A DNA stretch of 64,000 bases from an uncultured Acidimicrobiia bacterium (GTDB lineage: Bacteria > Actinomycetota > Acidimicrobiia > Spongiisociales > UBA5794), in NCBI GenBank assembly GCA_963823505.1, contig CAWGLY010000008.1:373924-437923 (forward strand). Direction: 5' to 3'. The translations under genes were made by a program, and so were the position numbers. Below are positions 9,584 through 19,246 of this stretch, one piece after another (position 1 is the stretch's first letter; the number at the start of each line of letters is the position of its first letter). Below the pieces are notes generated by a model, which saw only the letters and a program-made list of their open reading frames with translations, ran no database searches and was not told the DNA's origin.

Positions 9584-10327
9584 TCAGCCGGCCGAGACGT
9601 CCCGGTCCCGATCCCATGGCCGGTAGGCGAGCAGCGCCGCTCCACCGAGCACCAAGGCGCCCGCCGCGCTGAAGATGACCACGGCCATGGTGGCCGTTGC
9701 CTCCAGCAGGATCTGAGCGAGCCCAACGGCGAACACGCCCCCGATCACGACGGCCATGATGGGGAGCCCGACCGCACGTGTCATCGCTCCCATCAGGTCG
9801 CGGACGCCGCTCGGCCAGGCAATGCCGCCAAGTCCCAGCATGTCGGGTCGGGCCAAGCGATCGACGATGAAGGCGGTCACAGCTCCTGCCACGGCCCCGG
9901 AGCACAGTGCGATCAGGACGAGTTGGGACACCGATACGACAACGATCCCAGCCGTGATGTCGGCGAACAACCCCAGCCCGGCACGAAACGCCGAATACGC
10001 CGCGATGCCGGAGACAAACCCGGCTATGGGCAAAAGCCAGCGGAGCGGGAACTTCGGCGCGTCGGGCTCGCTTTCCCTGCCGACCGCGTAGGTGATGCCT
10101 GCGATAGCGAGGCCACCAAGAACGCCTGCGAGGAGCACCAGCATGTACATCCCGCCGCTCGATGCGACAAAATCGATCGACGCTCGCGGGCTGCCCTCGG
10201 CGACCGGTGTGGCTACGGCGGAGGCAAGAGCGAACCGCCCGCCCAGCAGGGCGACAGCGATCAGACCGAGGAACCCTCCGGCGACGGCACCGTACAGCAC
10301 GGCTCGAAAGCGGCTCTTTGTCGACAC
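9584..10327 (-). CDS. hypothetical polytopic membrane protein
   Basis: 247 aa with 6-7 predicted TM helices (Gly/Ala-rich). No recognisable family. Confidence 0.45.
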   Translation of the reverse strand: MSTKSRFRAVLYGAVAGGFLGLIAVALLGGRFALASAVATPVAEGSPRASIDFVASSGGMYMLVLLAGVLGGLAIAGITYAVGRESEPDAPKFPLRWLLPIAGFVSGIAAYSAFRAGLGLFADITAGIVVVSVSQLVLIALCSGAVAGAVTAFIVDRLARPDMLGLGGIAWPSGVRDLMGAMTRAVGLPIMAVVIGGVFAVGLAQILLEATATMAVVIFSAAGALVLGGAALLAYRPWDRDRDVSAG

Positions 10328-10453
10328 ACAACGCTCCTCGTCCAGCCTGACGAACCCGGATCATAGCGAGCGCAGCCGAGATCAGGTCCCTCGTAGGGCC
10401 GAGGTCGAAGCGGGGGTACCAACTACCAAGCACCAAGTACCAAGTACCTCGTC

Positions 10454-11356
10454 TCAGAACCGTCCGCAGGCGTCTGGGGCGTAGATCCCCTGGACGGTGT
10501 CGTCGGTCGTGAGGGGCCCCCACAGGAGCAACGCCCCCGTGTTGGTGCTGTAGAGCTCCCAGAGCGCTCCCTTGTCGGGGTCCTCGACCTGGCGGATGTC
10601 AAACCCGTCGTACACCTGTTCCAGTTGCCGGTACGACGCACCTGCCTGCAGCCCGCTGAGCGTCTGCAGATTGGCTGCTTCACTCGAGAACCCGCCAAAT
10701 GCAAAGTCGAGCCGGTACCCGGCAAACGTCTCGGTCCCGTCTGGATCGACGACGACGATCGCCGCAAAAGGTCCCCACGCCGCAACACGTTCGGTGTCCC
10801 CCTCGCAGACACCCCACTCGCCAACCGAGAGCTGTGGCCCCGTGTCGGAGTCGGGGTCTCCCAAACTCGATACCAGCCGGCCGAGGGCATCGGCGGCGGG
10901 TTCACCGAACTTGATGTCACCAACGCCGTCAACGGCGAGCGTCAGATCCTCGATGGCGATCGGGGCGCCGACGGGGAGATATGGGGCCGCCACGATGCCC
11001 GGGTCGCCACCGGTTCCCGCATCCGTGCCCGACGTGTCACCCGTGTCATCGGTCGGTGCGGCTGTGCTGCTCTCCGTCGCACCGTCACTCGTCTCCGCAG
11101 TGGCCGACGATGCTTCTTCGCTGCCAGCCACGACGGGGTCATCCGAATCGTTCCCGAGCAGCTGGAACAACGCGATGCTCACTACTACGAGCAGAAGGCC
11201 AAGGACGAGCCCGGTGAGGAGCGGAGAACGTGGTGCGATGGCAGGGGGAGTCCTCGGATCCTCGAGTGACGGCAGCGGCTCGCTACCCGTGAGCCCTGCG
11301 AGTTCCTCGTACGGCTGGATCCCAGAGAAAGGGTCATTGTCGCTTCGGTCGGTCAC
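10454..11356 (-). CDS. membrane-anchored hypothetical protein with Ser/Thr-rich linker and C-terminal domain paralogous to C-terminus of 13529..15391
   Basis: GTG start at 11356 preceded by AGGAG. TM helix LLTGLVLGLLLVVVSIALF. C-terminal about 160 aa share LGRLV...LWGP...GIYxPxxC with the C-terminus of the 620-aa protein upstream. Confidence 0.5.
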   Translation of the reverse strand: MTDRSDNDPFSGIQPYEELAGLTGSEPLPSLEDPRTPPAIAPRSPLLTGLVLGLLLVVVSIALFQLLGNDSDDPVVAGSEEASSATAETSDGATESSTAAPTDDTGDTSGTDAGTGGDPGIVAAPYLPVGAPIAIEDLTLAVDGVGDIKFGEPAADALGRLVSSLGDPDSDTGPQLSVGEWGVCEGDTERVAAWGPFAAIVVVDPDGTETFAGYRLDFAFGGFSSEAANLQTLSGLQAGASYRQLEQVYDGFDIRQVEDPDKGALWELYSTNTGALLLWGPLTTDDTVQGIYAPDACGRF

Positions 11357-11485
11357 CTTCACTCCTGGCTGTGCGGCTCTTGGCGCCGGGCCGCACGATG
11401 ATCGCGTATCTTACGAGGCCCGGGGGATAGGCGGCGGTTTCTCGGCGTGGGACCGCACGTGCGTTTGGCGAGGTTCGTCGATCGA

Positions 11486-13444
11486 TCAACTCTGAGGAGC
11501 GCCCTGCCCAGTTCGGTCTGTGGATGCACTTTCACGGTCGGCGGCGAGGTCGGGGTACCCGTCCGCGAGAACCTGATCGAACGACGCGGTGGGGACCAGG
11601 ATCGAGGCCCCCGACGAGGTGCGATCGCTGGCGACCGGGATGCTCAGGCTGACCACGGTCGTCGGATCGATGTCGCGAAGGCCCCAGGCGAGGCTGATGG
11701 CGTCGGTGAGCCCGAGTTGATTGTCCAGCGTGAATGCGTCCGTGAGCGAGCGGACGGTGCCCGTCAGGTCGCTCGGGGAATCGAAGGTCCTCAGCTTCGA
11801 GAACATCTCGAGCAGCACTTCCTGTTGCCGCTCGTTGCGGGTGATGTCGCTGACGTTGGCCATCGTTCGCCACCGCCCGTCGACCAGCTCCTGGGTACGA
11901 CGCGACCGGACCCAGGACAGCGCCTGCGCTCCGGTTGCCTGGGTGCAACCGGCAGGCAAATCGAGATCGGACTTGCTGTCGCGCACGGCATGTTCGACGC
12001 AGATTTGGATGCCGCCCACTTCGTCGATGATCTGTTCGAAGCCGTCGAAGGTGAAGAGTGCGAAGTGGTCGATGGGGATCCCGGTGAAGTCGGTGACGGC
12101 CAACGCCAGCAGTGTCGGCCCGTTGACGTCGTCGCCGCAGCCGTTCAAGTTTGCGTTGAGCTTCGTGTAACTCTGGGTGCACCGATTCGGCAGGTACAGG
12201 TCACGGGGAAGGGAAACCAGCATCGGCTCCGAGCCGTCTCCCGGCAGGACGGCGAGCATGATCACATCCGCCAAGCCGCCGGACAGGTCGCTTCCGATGA
12301 TCAGCATTGACAGGTAGTCGCCTTCGGCGGCAGGAACGGCCGTGACCACAGATGCCGTCTCCGGATCAACCTCGGCGTCGACGATGCCCTCGGTGGGAAG
12401 CAACAGGAGGTCGTTGGCGTCTGCAGTGTCGAAACCCTCCCGTCCGACGCCTGCCCACGAGTCCCACAGCTGCAGGCCGTTCCACCCTGTGTAGGCGAGC
12501 AGTACGAGCACTGCCGTCGCCACGCCGCGCTTGAGGCTGCGGAGGATCGGGTGTTGATCGATCGACTTCGGGCTCGGCGCGGCTTCATTGATGAGGAACC
12601 CAACGGCCGGCGCACCGACCCGATCGGCGCGGTCGCACGCCGATTCGAGTGCCACGCGGTCGGCGGCTTTGGGGAGCACCAGGAGCGTGCCGTCGGCAAC
12701 GGCTCCGAGGGCGCTGGTTGCGGCTCCGTTGGTGGGTGCCGTGTCGATCAGTACGAGGTCCGCCGCCGTCGTGACGTCCTCGATGGCGCCGGCCAGCGCA
12801 ATCCGGTCGATGCTGCCGTTGATGGTGGCGCCACCCGAGGGGACGAAGGGGAGGCGGCTCGTGCCGTCGATGGACCACAAGCGAGCTGCGTCGCGCAGAG
12901 TGGCGTCGCCTGACGCGATGTCGGACAGGCCCGGACTGGTGCCGGTTCGGCCAAACCGGCTCAGGTTGCCGCGGCCCACATCACCGTCGATGAGCAGGGT
13001 GCGCCGCCCCGCCTTGGTTGCGGCGACGGCGAGGTTCAGTGCAGCAGAAGTCGCGCCTTGGCCGGCCTCGATCCCTGCCACGAGCAGGACCCGTCCAGGG
13101 GTGGCGGCCTCGAGCCGGCTCGCCGCTCGCTGGTAGGCGGCTGCGGCGGAGCTCGACGGGTGGGTGAGCGTTGGCGCCGGGCCATCGATCGAGTCCGGGA
13201 TGGATCCGACCTGGGGCAGGTCGACCAGCTTCTCGACAGGGCGCAGGCCGGCGAACTGGTTCCATATCAGCCACACGATCGCCGAGACGAGGCCCCCGAC
13301 CGCAGCTGCGATCACGGCGCCCCGGTTGCTGTCCCACACCTGGAGCGCCAGCGCGAACGCCACCAGGCCGGCGGCGACGGCGGCGATGTTTTGGGGTGCG
13401 AAGAAACGGCGAAAGAAGCCGTTCTTGTGGGACTGATCCCTCAC
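11486..13444 (-). CDS. fusion protein: N-terminal 2-TM anchor + BY-kinase/MinD-like P-loop domain with degenerate Walker A + TM + C-terminal LytR-CpsA-Psr (LCP) domain
   Basis: BY-kinase-like motifs: LLIDGDVGRGNL (Walker A'), LPFVPSGG, DLVLIDTAP (Walker B). The Walker A is GIEAGQGATS, with no Lys. LCP motifs: LSMLIIGSDLSGGLADVIMLAVL, VSLPRDLYL, IPIDHFALFTFDGFEQIIDEVGGI. Confidence 0.75.
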   Translation of the reverse strand: MRDQSHKNGFFRRFFAPQNIAAVAAGLVAFALALQVWDSNRGAVIAAAVGGLVSAIVWLIWNQFAGLRPVEKLVDLPQVGSIPDSIDGPAPTLTHPSSSAAAAYQRAASRLEAATPGRVLLVAGIEAGQGATSAALNLAVAATKAGRRTLLIDGDVGRGNLSRFGRTGTSPGLSDIASGDATLRDAARLWSIDGTSRLPFVPSGGATINGSIDRIALAGAIEDVTTAADLVLIDTAPTNGAATSALGAVADGTLLVLPKAADRVALESACDRADRVGAPAVGFLINEAAPSPKSIDQHPILRSLKRGVATAVLVLLAYTGWNGLQLWDSWAGVGREGFDTADANDLLLLPTEGIVDAEVDPETASVVTAVPAAEGDYLSMLIIGSDLSGGLADVIMLAVLPGDGSEPMLVSLPRDLYLPNRCTQSYTKLNANLNGCGDDVNGPTLLALAVTDFTGIPIDHFALFTFDGFEQIIDEVGGIQICVEHAVRDSKSDLDLPAGCTQATGAQALSWVRSRRTQELVDGRWRTMANVSDITRNERQQEVLLEMFSKLRTFDSPSDLTGTVRSLTDAFTLDNQLGLTDAISLAWGLRDIDPTTVVSLSIPVASDRTSSGASILVPTASFDQVLADGYPDLAADRESASTDRTGQGAPQS

Positions 13445-13528
13445 TACGTCATCCTCGGGGGTTGCGGCGATGACCGGGCTGGGCTCATGTTACGGTGCCC
13501 TGGCCTGAGCCATGTTACGGCGTGCGCA

Positions 13529-15391
13529 TCAGCCCGTTGGTGTCGGGCCTGAATCGCACGGTTGGGGAGAATAGATCCCCTCGATGATCCCTTCCGGGTC
13601 GGTCGAGGATACCGGGCCCCACAGCAGCGTCGCGTTGTCTGACGTCCGCTGCAGGATGAAGTGTGTGGTGCCGTCGATCTCCTCGTACGACACGAGGAAG
13701 GTGGCATAGGTCGTCTCCAGGTCCTCGACCGTGTCCCCTACCTGAAGTCCCGACAGCGTCTCCAGGCCGGTCGCGGGGTGAGCTTCGCTCCCTGAGTCGA
13801 CCCTGTAGCCCTCGAACACCGAGAGATCTTCGACCCCGAGGAAGATGCCTGTGAGGGGTCCCCACGACGCAAAGAAGCCCGCATCACCATCGCACAGGCC
13901 GAGTGATGTATCCGCCGGGCCCCGCTCGTCCGGTTGCCCGAACGTGGCCACCAGCCGGCCGAGGGCGTCATCGTCACCAAAGTCGAGCGGTCCGAGCGCA
14001 AAGCCGCCAAGACCCAGATCCCCGATCGGGATCGGGTCTCCGATCGGCTCGATCGGGGCAAGGCTGGTTGTCGTCGTTGTCGAGGTGGTTGTCGACGTGC
14101 TGGTCGTCGGGCCGGCGGTGGTGGCGGTCGAGTCGTCGACCACGGTGGTCGACACGTCCGTGCCAGCAGGTGCGGCAACGTCGGCGGGGGTTCCGTCGTC
14201 GCGAGTGATCCATGCCAGCACCACGAACCACGCCGCGATGATGCCCACGATGATCAACCCAACGATCAGTCGCTGTGACATGTTGCTGCCGCTTCCTGAG
14301 CCACCTCCTGGTTCTTCAGGGGCTGCGAAGAAGTCCGACTCGTCCGGGTGCTCGCCGGGGAAGGAGCCCGATGGGCTTGGGCTCACCGGAGTTGTCACCG
14401 CCGGTGCTGCCGTGGCGGCCGCGATGTCGGCGGCTGCGTCGGGATCGGAGCCGGCAAAAGCCGACCACGCATCCTCATCGTCGAGCATGTCATCAGATGC
14501 GGCGCTTGGATCCACGTCGCCGATGCCGGCGTCGTCGAAGATGTTGTCGATCTCGTCCTGTGGGCCGCTGTCGCGAGCAACGGCTGCCGCGCCGGCGAGC
14601 GCCCCTCCGGCGAAAACATCGTCGTGGTCCACATCGGGCACCTCTGCCATGGGGTCGGTCATCGGTGGTTCGGCGATCGGCGGTGTGACGGGCGGCACGA
14701 TGGGGTCGGGATCGGCGGCCACGATGGCGGGGATCTCGATCGAATCGGCATGATCGATCGCATCGGCATTGTCTACGGGGCCGGCATTGTCTACGGGGCC
14801 GGCATCGTCTACTGCTTCGGCAGGAGGGGCCGGCTCGTCGGCCGGGTGCTCGCCGGGGTCGGCGAAGGTCTCGTCCACGGGCGTCTCGGGAGGTGGAGGA
14901 GCTGCTGGGATCGGCGCCGGATCGGCGTCGACCCAGGTCATCGGGGGTGGTGCGGCGGCGGTGGGGGCGGCAGCCTCCGCAACGGTCTCTTCGGCCGTTG
15001 CGGTTTCCTCACCGGACGCAACGTCCACCAGGTCACGGTCGCCGGTCCCGTCTGCCTCTTCGCCATCGGTGACGCCCTCCTCTTCGAACGTCGACGAGAC
15101 GATCGCAGCCATCGCAGCGCTGCCGACCTCCCAGCCGGTTGCGGTGTCACCCGCGTCGGTGCGAGACGGCTGTGCAGTCGGGGGCGGCGGTCCGGTGGGA
15201 GGTTGATCATTCGGCTCGGTGTCGGCACCTGCCTCCACGGTCGGCTCGGCCGCTGCGGCGGTGTCGTCCTGCGGGACCGCAGGGGTGGCGGCATGCGCAT
15301 CGATCCAGCCTCTCCCGCAGGAGGGGCAGGTTTCGGCGGCGAGGGGTCGGTCTTTCCCGCAGAAGATGCACGGCGTAGAGAAGGTATCCAT
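13529..15391 (-). CDS. zinc-ribbon / disordered acidic-proline-rich / single-TM / Thr-rich protein with C-terminal domain paralogous to 10454..11356
   Basis: ATG at 15391. N-terminal CIFCGKDRPLAAETCPSCGRG zinc ribbon. About 350 aa of low complexity. TM IVGLIIVGIIAAWFVVLAWI. Poly-Thr/Ser stretch. C-terminal domain homologous to the gene at 10454. Confidence 0.55.
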   Translation of the reverse strand: MDTFSTPCIFCGKDRPLAAETCPSCGRGWIDAHAATPAVPQDDTAAAAEPTVEAGADTEPNDQPPTGPPPPTAQPSRTDAGDTATGWEVGSAAMAAIVSSTFEEEGVTDGEEADGTGDRDLVDVASGEETATAEETVAEAAAPTAAAPPPMTWVDADPAPIPAAPPPPETPVDETFADPGEHPADEPAPPAEAVDDAGPVDNAGPVDNADAIDHADSIEIPAIVAADPDPIVPPVTPPIAEPPMTDPMAEVPDVDHDDVFAGGALAGAAAVARDSGPQDEIDNIFDDAGIGDVDPSAASDDMLDDEDAWSAFAGSDPDAAADIAAATAAPAVTTPVSPSPSGSFPGEHPDESDFFAAPEEPGGGSGSGSNMSQRLIVGLIIVGIIAAWFVVLAWITRDDGTPADVAAPAGTDVSTTVVDDSTATTAGPTTSTSTTTSTTTTTSLAPIEPIGDPIPIGDLGLGGFALGPLDFGDDDALGRLVATFGQPDERGPADTSLGLCDGDAGFFASWGPLTGIFLGVEDLSVFEGYRVDSGSEAHPATGLETLSGLQVGDTVEDLETTYATFLVSYEEIDGTTHFILQRTSDNATLLWGPVSSTDPEGIIEGIYSPQPCDSGPTPTG

Positions 15392-15449
15392 GGAGCTGTC
15401 GTAGCTTACGTCCGCTCAGGGACAACTCATGCTCTTTCCCCGCGGGCTC

Positions 15450-17480
15450 TCAGAGCAGCGGGCGAAGTTCGGCAGGCGAATCGACGGGAAGTGCGCAAAC
15501 GAAGTCCCTGCACACATACGCCGTGGCCCCGGCTTCGCCTGAGGGGCGGCCCGACAACAAGGGGACGGCGGTGGCCGTTCCCTCGCCGACGGCGAGGACG
15601 CAACCGGGTCGAAAGCGTTCCCAGACGACCTCTACCAGTTCACGCCTGGCTTCTGGCCGACCGACAATGGCGACTTCTTTGGGGCCTACCAGGCCGGCGG
15701 CCAGCACTGCTGCGAGGTACCCCACGGCGGACGGGTGCTGTTCGAGCAGGCGGCCGGCGGCGATGTAGACCCCGTCGAGGAGGCCACGGAACGAGGCATC
15801 TCCTGTGTACGCGGCTGCCATCTGAAGCGCTTCCGCCATGAGGGTGTTGTCCGAAGGCGTGGGATTGTCCATCAGGTTCTTCGGTCGCGTGATGAGCTCT
15901 TCTGCGTCTTGCCCTGTTGCGAAGAACCCGCCGGCGGGATCGGAGAAGAGGTCGATGGCCTCGCCGACCAGACGGTGTGCCTCCGAGAACCACCGTTGGT
16001 CGCCCGTGACCGCAAACAGCGTGAAGAGGCCTACCGCGAGGGCGCCGTAGTCGTCGCAGAACGCGGCGGGCCCGAGGACGCCCCTGCGCCAGGTCCGGAC
16101 AAGGCGCCCGTCGTCTCTGCGGAGCCGGGTGGTGGCGAACTGGGCGAGCTGCTCAGCCACTTCGACATACTCGGCCGATCCCAGCACCGCTCCGGCCTCG
16201 GCGAAGGCTCTGAGTGCCAGACCGTTCCACGCGGTGACGATCTTGTCGTCCGTGGCAGGCCTGATCCGGTCCGACCTGGCCTTGCGCAGCGTCCCGGCAG
16301 CGGCGTTCAACCGCTCCTCGACGTCGCCGGGCGTCATGCCGAAGCGTTGTGCCAGCACCTCCACGGTCTCGGCACGTCTCAGCACCGTTCTTGCGCCGTC
16401 GAAGTTGCCCTCTGGGCTCGCTCCGAACGCCGCCGCCACCAACGGCAGGTCGGGGCCGAGCAGCGCATTCAGCTCGTCCCAGGTCCACACGTAGTAGGTG
16501 CCCTCTTCGCCCTCCGAGTCGGCGTCCTCCCCGCTGTAGAAGCCGCCCGCCGGGTCCCTCGAGTCGTGCAGCAGGTACGCAAGGGTTTCCTCGGCAACTT
16601 CGCGGTACCGCTCGATGCCGGTCTCCTGCCACCCCCTCAGGTAGAGCCGTGCGAGTAAGGCATTGTCGTAGAGCATCTTCTCGAAATGCGGAACGAGCCA
16701 TTGCCGATCGACGCTGTAGCGGCTGAAGCCACCGCCGAGCTGGTCGTAGATCCCTCCGGCAGCCATGCGATCCAGGGTCGTGGTGATCATTCCCCTCACC
16801 TGATCCTCATGGTCGGGAGTCAGCTCGAGCGACCAGGCTCTGAGAAGCAACTCGAGGTTCGGCGCTTGCGGGAACTTGGGGGCCCCGCCGAAGCCACCGT
16901 GATCCCAGTCGAATTGCCCGATGAGGTCGACAACGGCTTTCCGTATCACCTCCGCTCCCGGGGCCGTGTCGCCTGGAGGTATCCCGGAGCGAACCGCCGC
17001 CACGAGACGTGAAGCCTGACTCTCCAGCTCGGCTCGCTGCGTTGCCCATGCGTCGACGACGCTCTGCATGATGCGGCCAAACGATGGGTGGTGACCCTGC
17101 GACTCCTTCGGGAAGTACGTCCCCGCAAAGAACGGCTCGCCTGCGGGAGTCAGGAAGACGGTCATCGGCCAGCCTCCTCGGCCCGACATGGCTTGCACGG
17201 CATCCATGTAGATCCGGTCGACGTCCGGCCGCTCTTCACGATCGACCTTCACGTTGACGAAGTGCTCGTTCATGTAGGCCGCGGTGCTGTCGTCCTCGAA
17301 CGACTCGTGGGCCATCACATGGCACCAATGGCACGTGGCGTAGCCGACGGAGAGCAGGATTGGGCGGTCGAGTGTCTGGGCGGCGGCGAAGGCGTCTTCC
17401 CCCCACTCGTACCAGTCGACCGGGTTGTCCTGATGCTGCAACAGATACGGGCTGGCCGAGGAGGCGAGACGATTGGGCAT
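15450..17480 (-). CDS. thioredoxin-domain protein YyaL family (DUF255 + six-hairpin glycosidase-like domain)
   Basis: ATG at 17480 ([27 protein letters not shown]...). CHWCHVM thioredoxin-like motif. The long C-terminal alpha/alpha-toroid region is typical of YyaL/SSP411. Confidence 0.85.
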   Translation of the reverse strand: MPNRLASSASPYLLQHQDNPVDWYEWGEDAFAAAQTLDRPILLSVGYATCHWCHVMAHESFEDDSTAAYMNEHFVNVKVDREERPDVDRIYMDAVQAMSGRGGWPMTVFLTPAGEPFFAGTYFPKESQGHHPSFGRIMQSVVDAWATQRAELESQASRLVAAVRSGIPPGDTAPGAEVIRKAVVDLIGQFDWDHGGFGGAPKFPQAPNLELLLRAWSLELTPDHEDQVRGMITTTLDRMAAGGIYDQLGGGFSRYSVDRQWLVPHFEKMLYDNALLARLYLRGWQETGIERYREVAEETLAYLLHDSRDPAGGFYSGEDADSEGEEGTYYVWTWDELNALLGPDLPLVAAAFGASPEGNFDGARTVLRRAETVEVLAQRFGMTPGDVEERLNAAAGTLRKARSDRIRPATDDKIVTAWNGLALRAFAEAGAVLGSAEYVEVAEQLAQFATTRLRRDDGRLVRTWRRGVLGPAAFCDDYGALAVGLFTLFAVTGDQRWFSEAHRLVGEAIDLFSDPAGGFFATGQDAEELITRPKNLMDNPTPSDNTLMAEALQMAAAYTGDASFRGLLDGVYIAAGRLLEQHPSAVGYLAAVLAAGLVGPKEVAIVGRPEARRELVEVVWERFRPGCVLAVGEGTATAVPLLSGRPSGEAGATAYVCRDFVCALPVDSPAELRPLL

Positions 17481-17710
17481 CGCCGCACCGTAGCGTGTGT
17501 CGATTGGCTGGGAGACCGCCGCACGACCGGGAATACCGGCGCCAGACCCGCGGTTGACCAAGGGTTGCGGCGATTCCCACGAGAAAAGGGCTTCACAAAG
17601 CTCTCGTTGTATGTGATATTGAGGCAGGTCCGACCTTGTGATTTCGTTCACATTCTCCCCCTTCGGGCCAGACCAGGGACTGTTCTAGGGGTTTCGGAGG
17701 ACTTCTTTTT

Positions 17711-18757
17711 ATGGCGGCGAGCAAAGCGCGTGACAAGGTCATGGACCGAGCGGTCCGTGAGCGTCAGGAAGCGAAAGAGCGAATCGAACGAGACACCCTG
17801 TCTCGGTCCCGACGCGATCGCGACCGCAACAAGCTCACCGACGAGCGTGGCCGGCTGACCACCGATCTCGTCAGCCAGTATCTCACCGCCATCGGCGAGT
17901 ATGAGCTGCTCACTGCTGAGAAGGAAGTCGACTACGCCCAGAAGATCGAAGCGGGTCAGGACGCCGGCGAGAAGCTCGAGAAGAAGCAGTTCAAGGGCAA
18001 GGCCGAAGAGATGGCGCTGCGCCGTCGGGTCCGTCACGGCCGTGAGGCCAAAGATGCGTTCCTCACTGCCAACCTCCGCCTCGTCGTCGCCAACGCTCGG
18101 CGCTACGCCAACACGTCCGGCATCGACTTTCTCGACCTGATCCAAGAGGGCAACCTGGGCCTCATCCGTGCCGTCGAGAAGTTCGACTGGCGCAAGGGCT
18201 TCAAGTTCTCCACCTACGCAACATGGTGGATCCGGCAGGCCATCACGCGCGCCATCGCCGACAAGTCTCGGACGGTGCGGATACCTGTACATCTCCACGA
18301 CACCCTTGCGGCCGTTCGTGCCGCCCAGGCCAGCCTCAAGGCCGAGCTCGGTCGCGAGCCCAAGCCCGAAGAGATCGCCGAGGAGGCCGGTGTCAACGTC
18401 GACAAGGTCGAGCTCGCCCTCGGTGTCGCCGACACCGTCTCGCTCGAGCAGCCGGTCGGGGAAGACGGCGCCCAACTGGGTGACTTCATCGAGGACGAAG
18501 ATGCCATCGACCCCGTGAGGGTCACCGAAGAACTCGACATTGCGAACAGCCTGCGCAAGTCCATCGAGCGTCTACCGGTCCGCGAAGGCCGCATCCTGGC
18601 GCTGCGCTACGGCTTCTACGACGGCGTGCCCCGTACTCTCGAAGAGATCGGCGAGGAGTTCAACCTCACCCGAGAGCGCATCCGCCAGCTCGAAAAGCTG
18701 GCGCTGTGCCGCCTTCGCCACCCTTCCTTTGGGATTCGGGAGCAAGACCTGCTCTGA
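17711..18757 (+). CDS. RNA polymerase sigma-70 factor, principal-like (group 1/2), compact with basic N-terminal extension
   Basis: Regions 1.2-4 are conserved ([50 protein letters not shown], region 4 [10 protein letters not shown]). 348 aa. Confidence 0.9.
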   Translation: MAASKARDKVMDRAVRERQEAKERIERDTLSRSRRDRDRNKLTDERGRLTTDLVSQYLTAIGEYELLTAEKEVDYAQKIEAGQDAGEKLEKKQFKGKAEEMALRRRVRHGREAKDAFLTANLRLVVANARRYANTSGIDFLDLIQEGNLGLIRAVEKFDWRKGFKFSTYATWWIRQAITRAIADKSRTVRIPVHLHDTLAAVRAAQASLKAELGREPKPEEIAEEAGVNVDKVELALGVADTVSLEQPVGEDGAQLGDFIEDEDAIDPVRVTEELDIANSLRKSIERLPVREGRILALRYGFYDGVPRTLEEIGEEFNLTRERIRQLEKLALCRLRHPSFGIREQDLL

Positions 18758-18865
18758 GGCCGGATCCGCAACGGTCCTTGTGGCCCGTTTGCCGAGTCCG
18801 TCCTGCCAGCGACGAAGGCCGAGCAGCGTTGTAGGCTCGACGCTGAACATGGAGGATGGTTCGCC

Positions 18866-19234
18866 ATGCAACTGTCGGCATTGGTCAGCGGCGCCGCCGA
18901 GGTCATTGGTTCGGAGGTCAGTCTCATAGAGGCTGCTGAACGTATGGTCGAGCAATCCGTTGACGCCTTGGCCGTTGTCTCGGGTCGCAACGTTGTGGGC
19001 CTCTTCACCCAGCACGACCTCACCGAGGCGGTTGCCGACGGTGCGGATCTCGAGGACCCGGTCATCGACTGGATGACGGAGGCTCCCGACGTCTTTCCTC
19101 CCGACATGGCAGTCAACGAGGCGGTCGCATGGCTGCTCGAAACCGGCTACCGGCACCTGCCCGTCATGGGCGACGGCGAACTCCTCGGCATCGTCGGCAT
19201 TCGCGATCTCATGTGGTCCCTCGCCCAAGACTGA
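18866..19234 (+). CDS. CBS-domain pair protein
   Basis: 122 aa. Two CBS motifs (VDALAVVSGRNVVGLFTQHD and HLPVMGDGELLGIVGIRDL). Confidence 0.7.
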   Translation: MQLSALVSGAAEVIGSEVSLIEAAERMVEQSVDALAVVSGRNVVGLFTQHDLTEAVADGADLEDPVIDWMTEAPDVFPPDMAVNEAVAWLLETGYRHLPVMGDGELLGIVGIRDLMWSLAQD

Positions 19235-19246
19235 GGAACGACCAAC

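Noticed and set aside
14348-15841. 497-aa plus-strand ORF opposite the Zn-ribbon/disordered protein gene and the YyaL gene
   Set aside because: Gly/Arg-rich antisense frame. The minus-strand products carry the recognisable domains.
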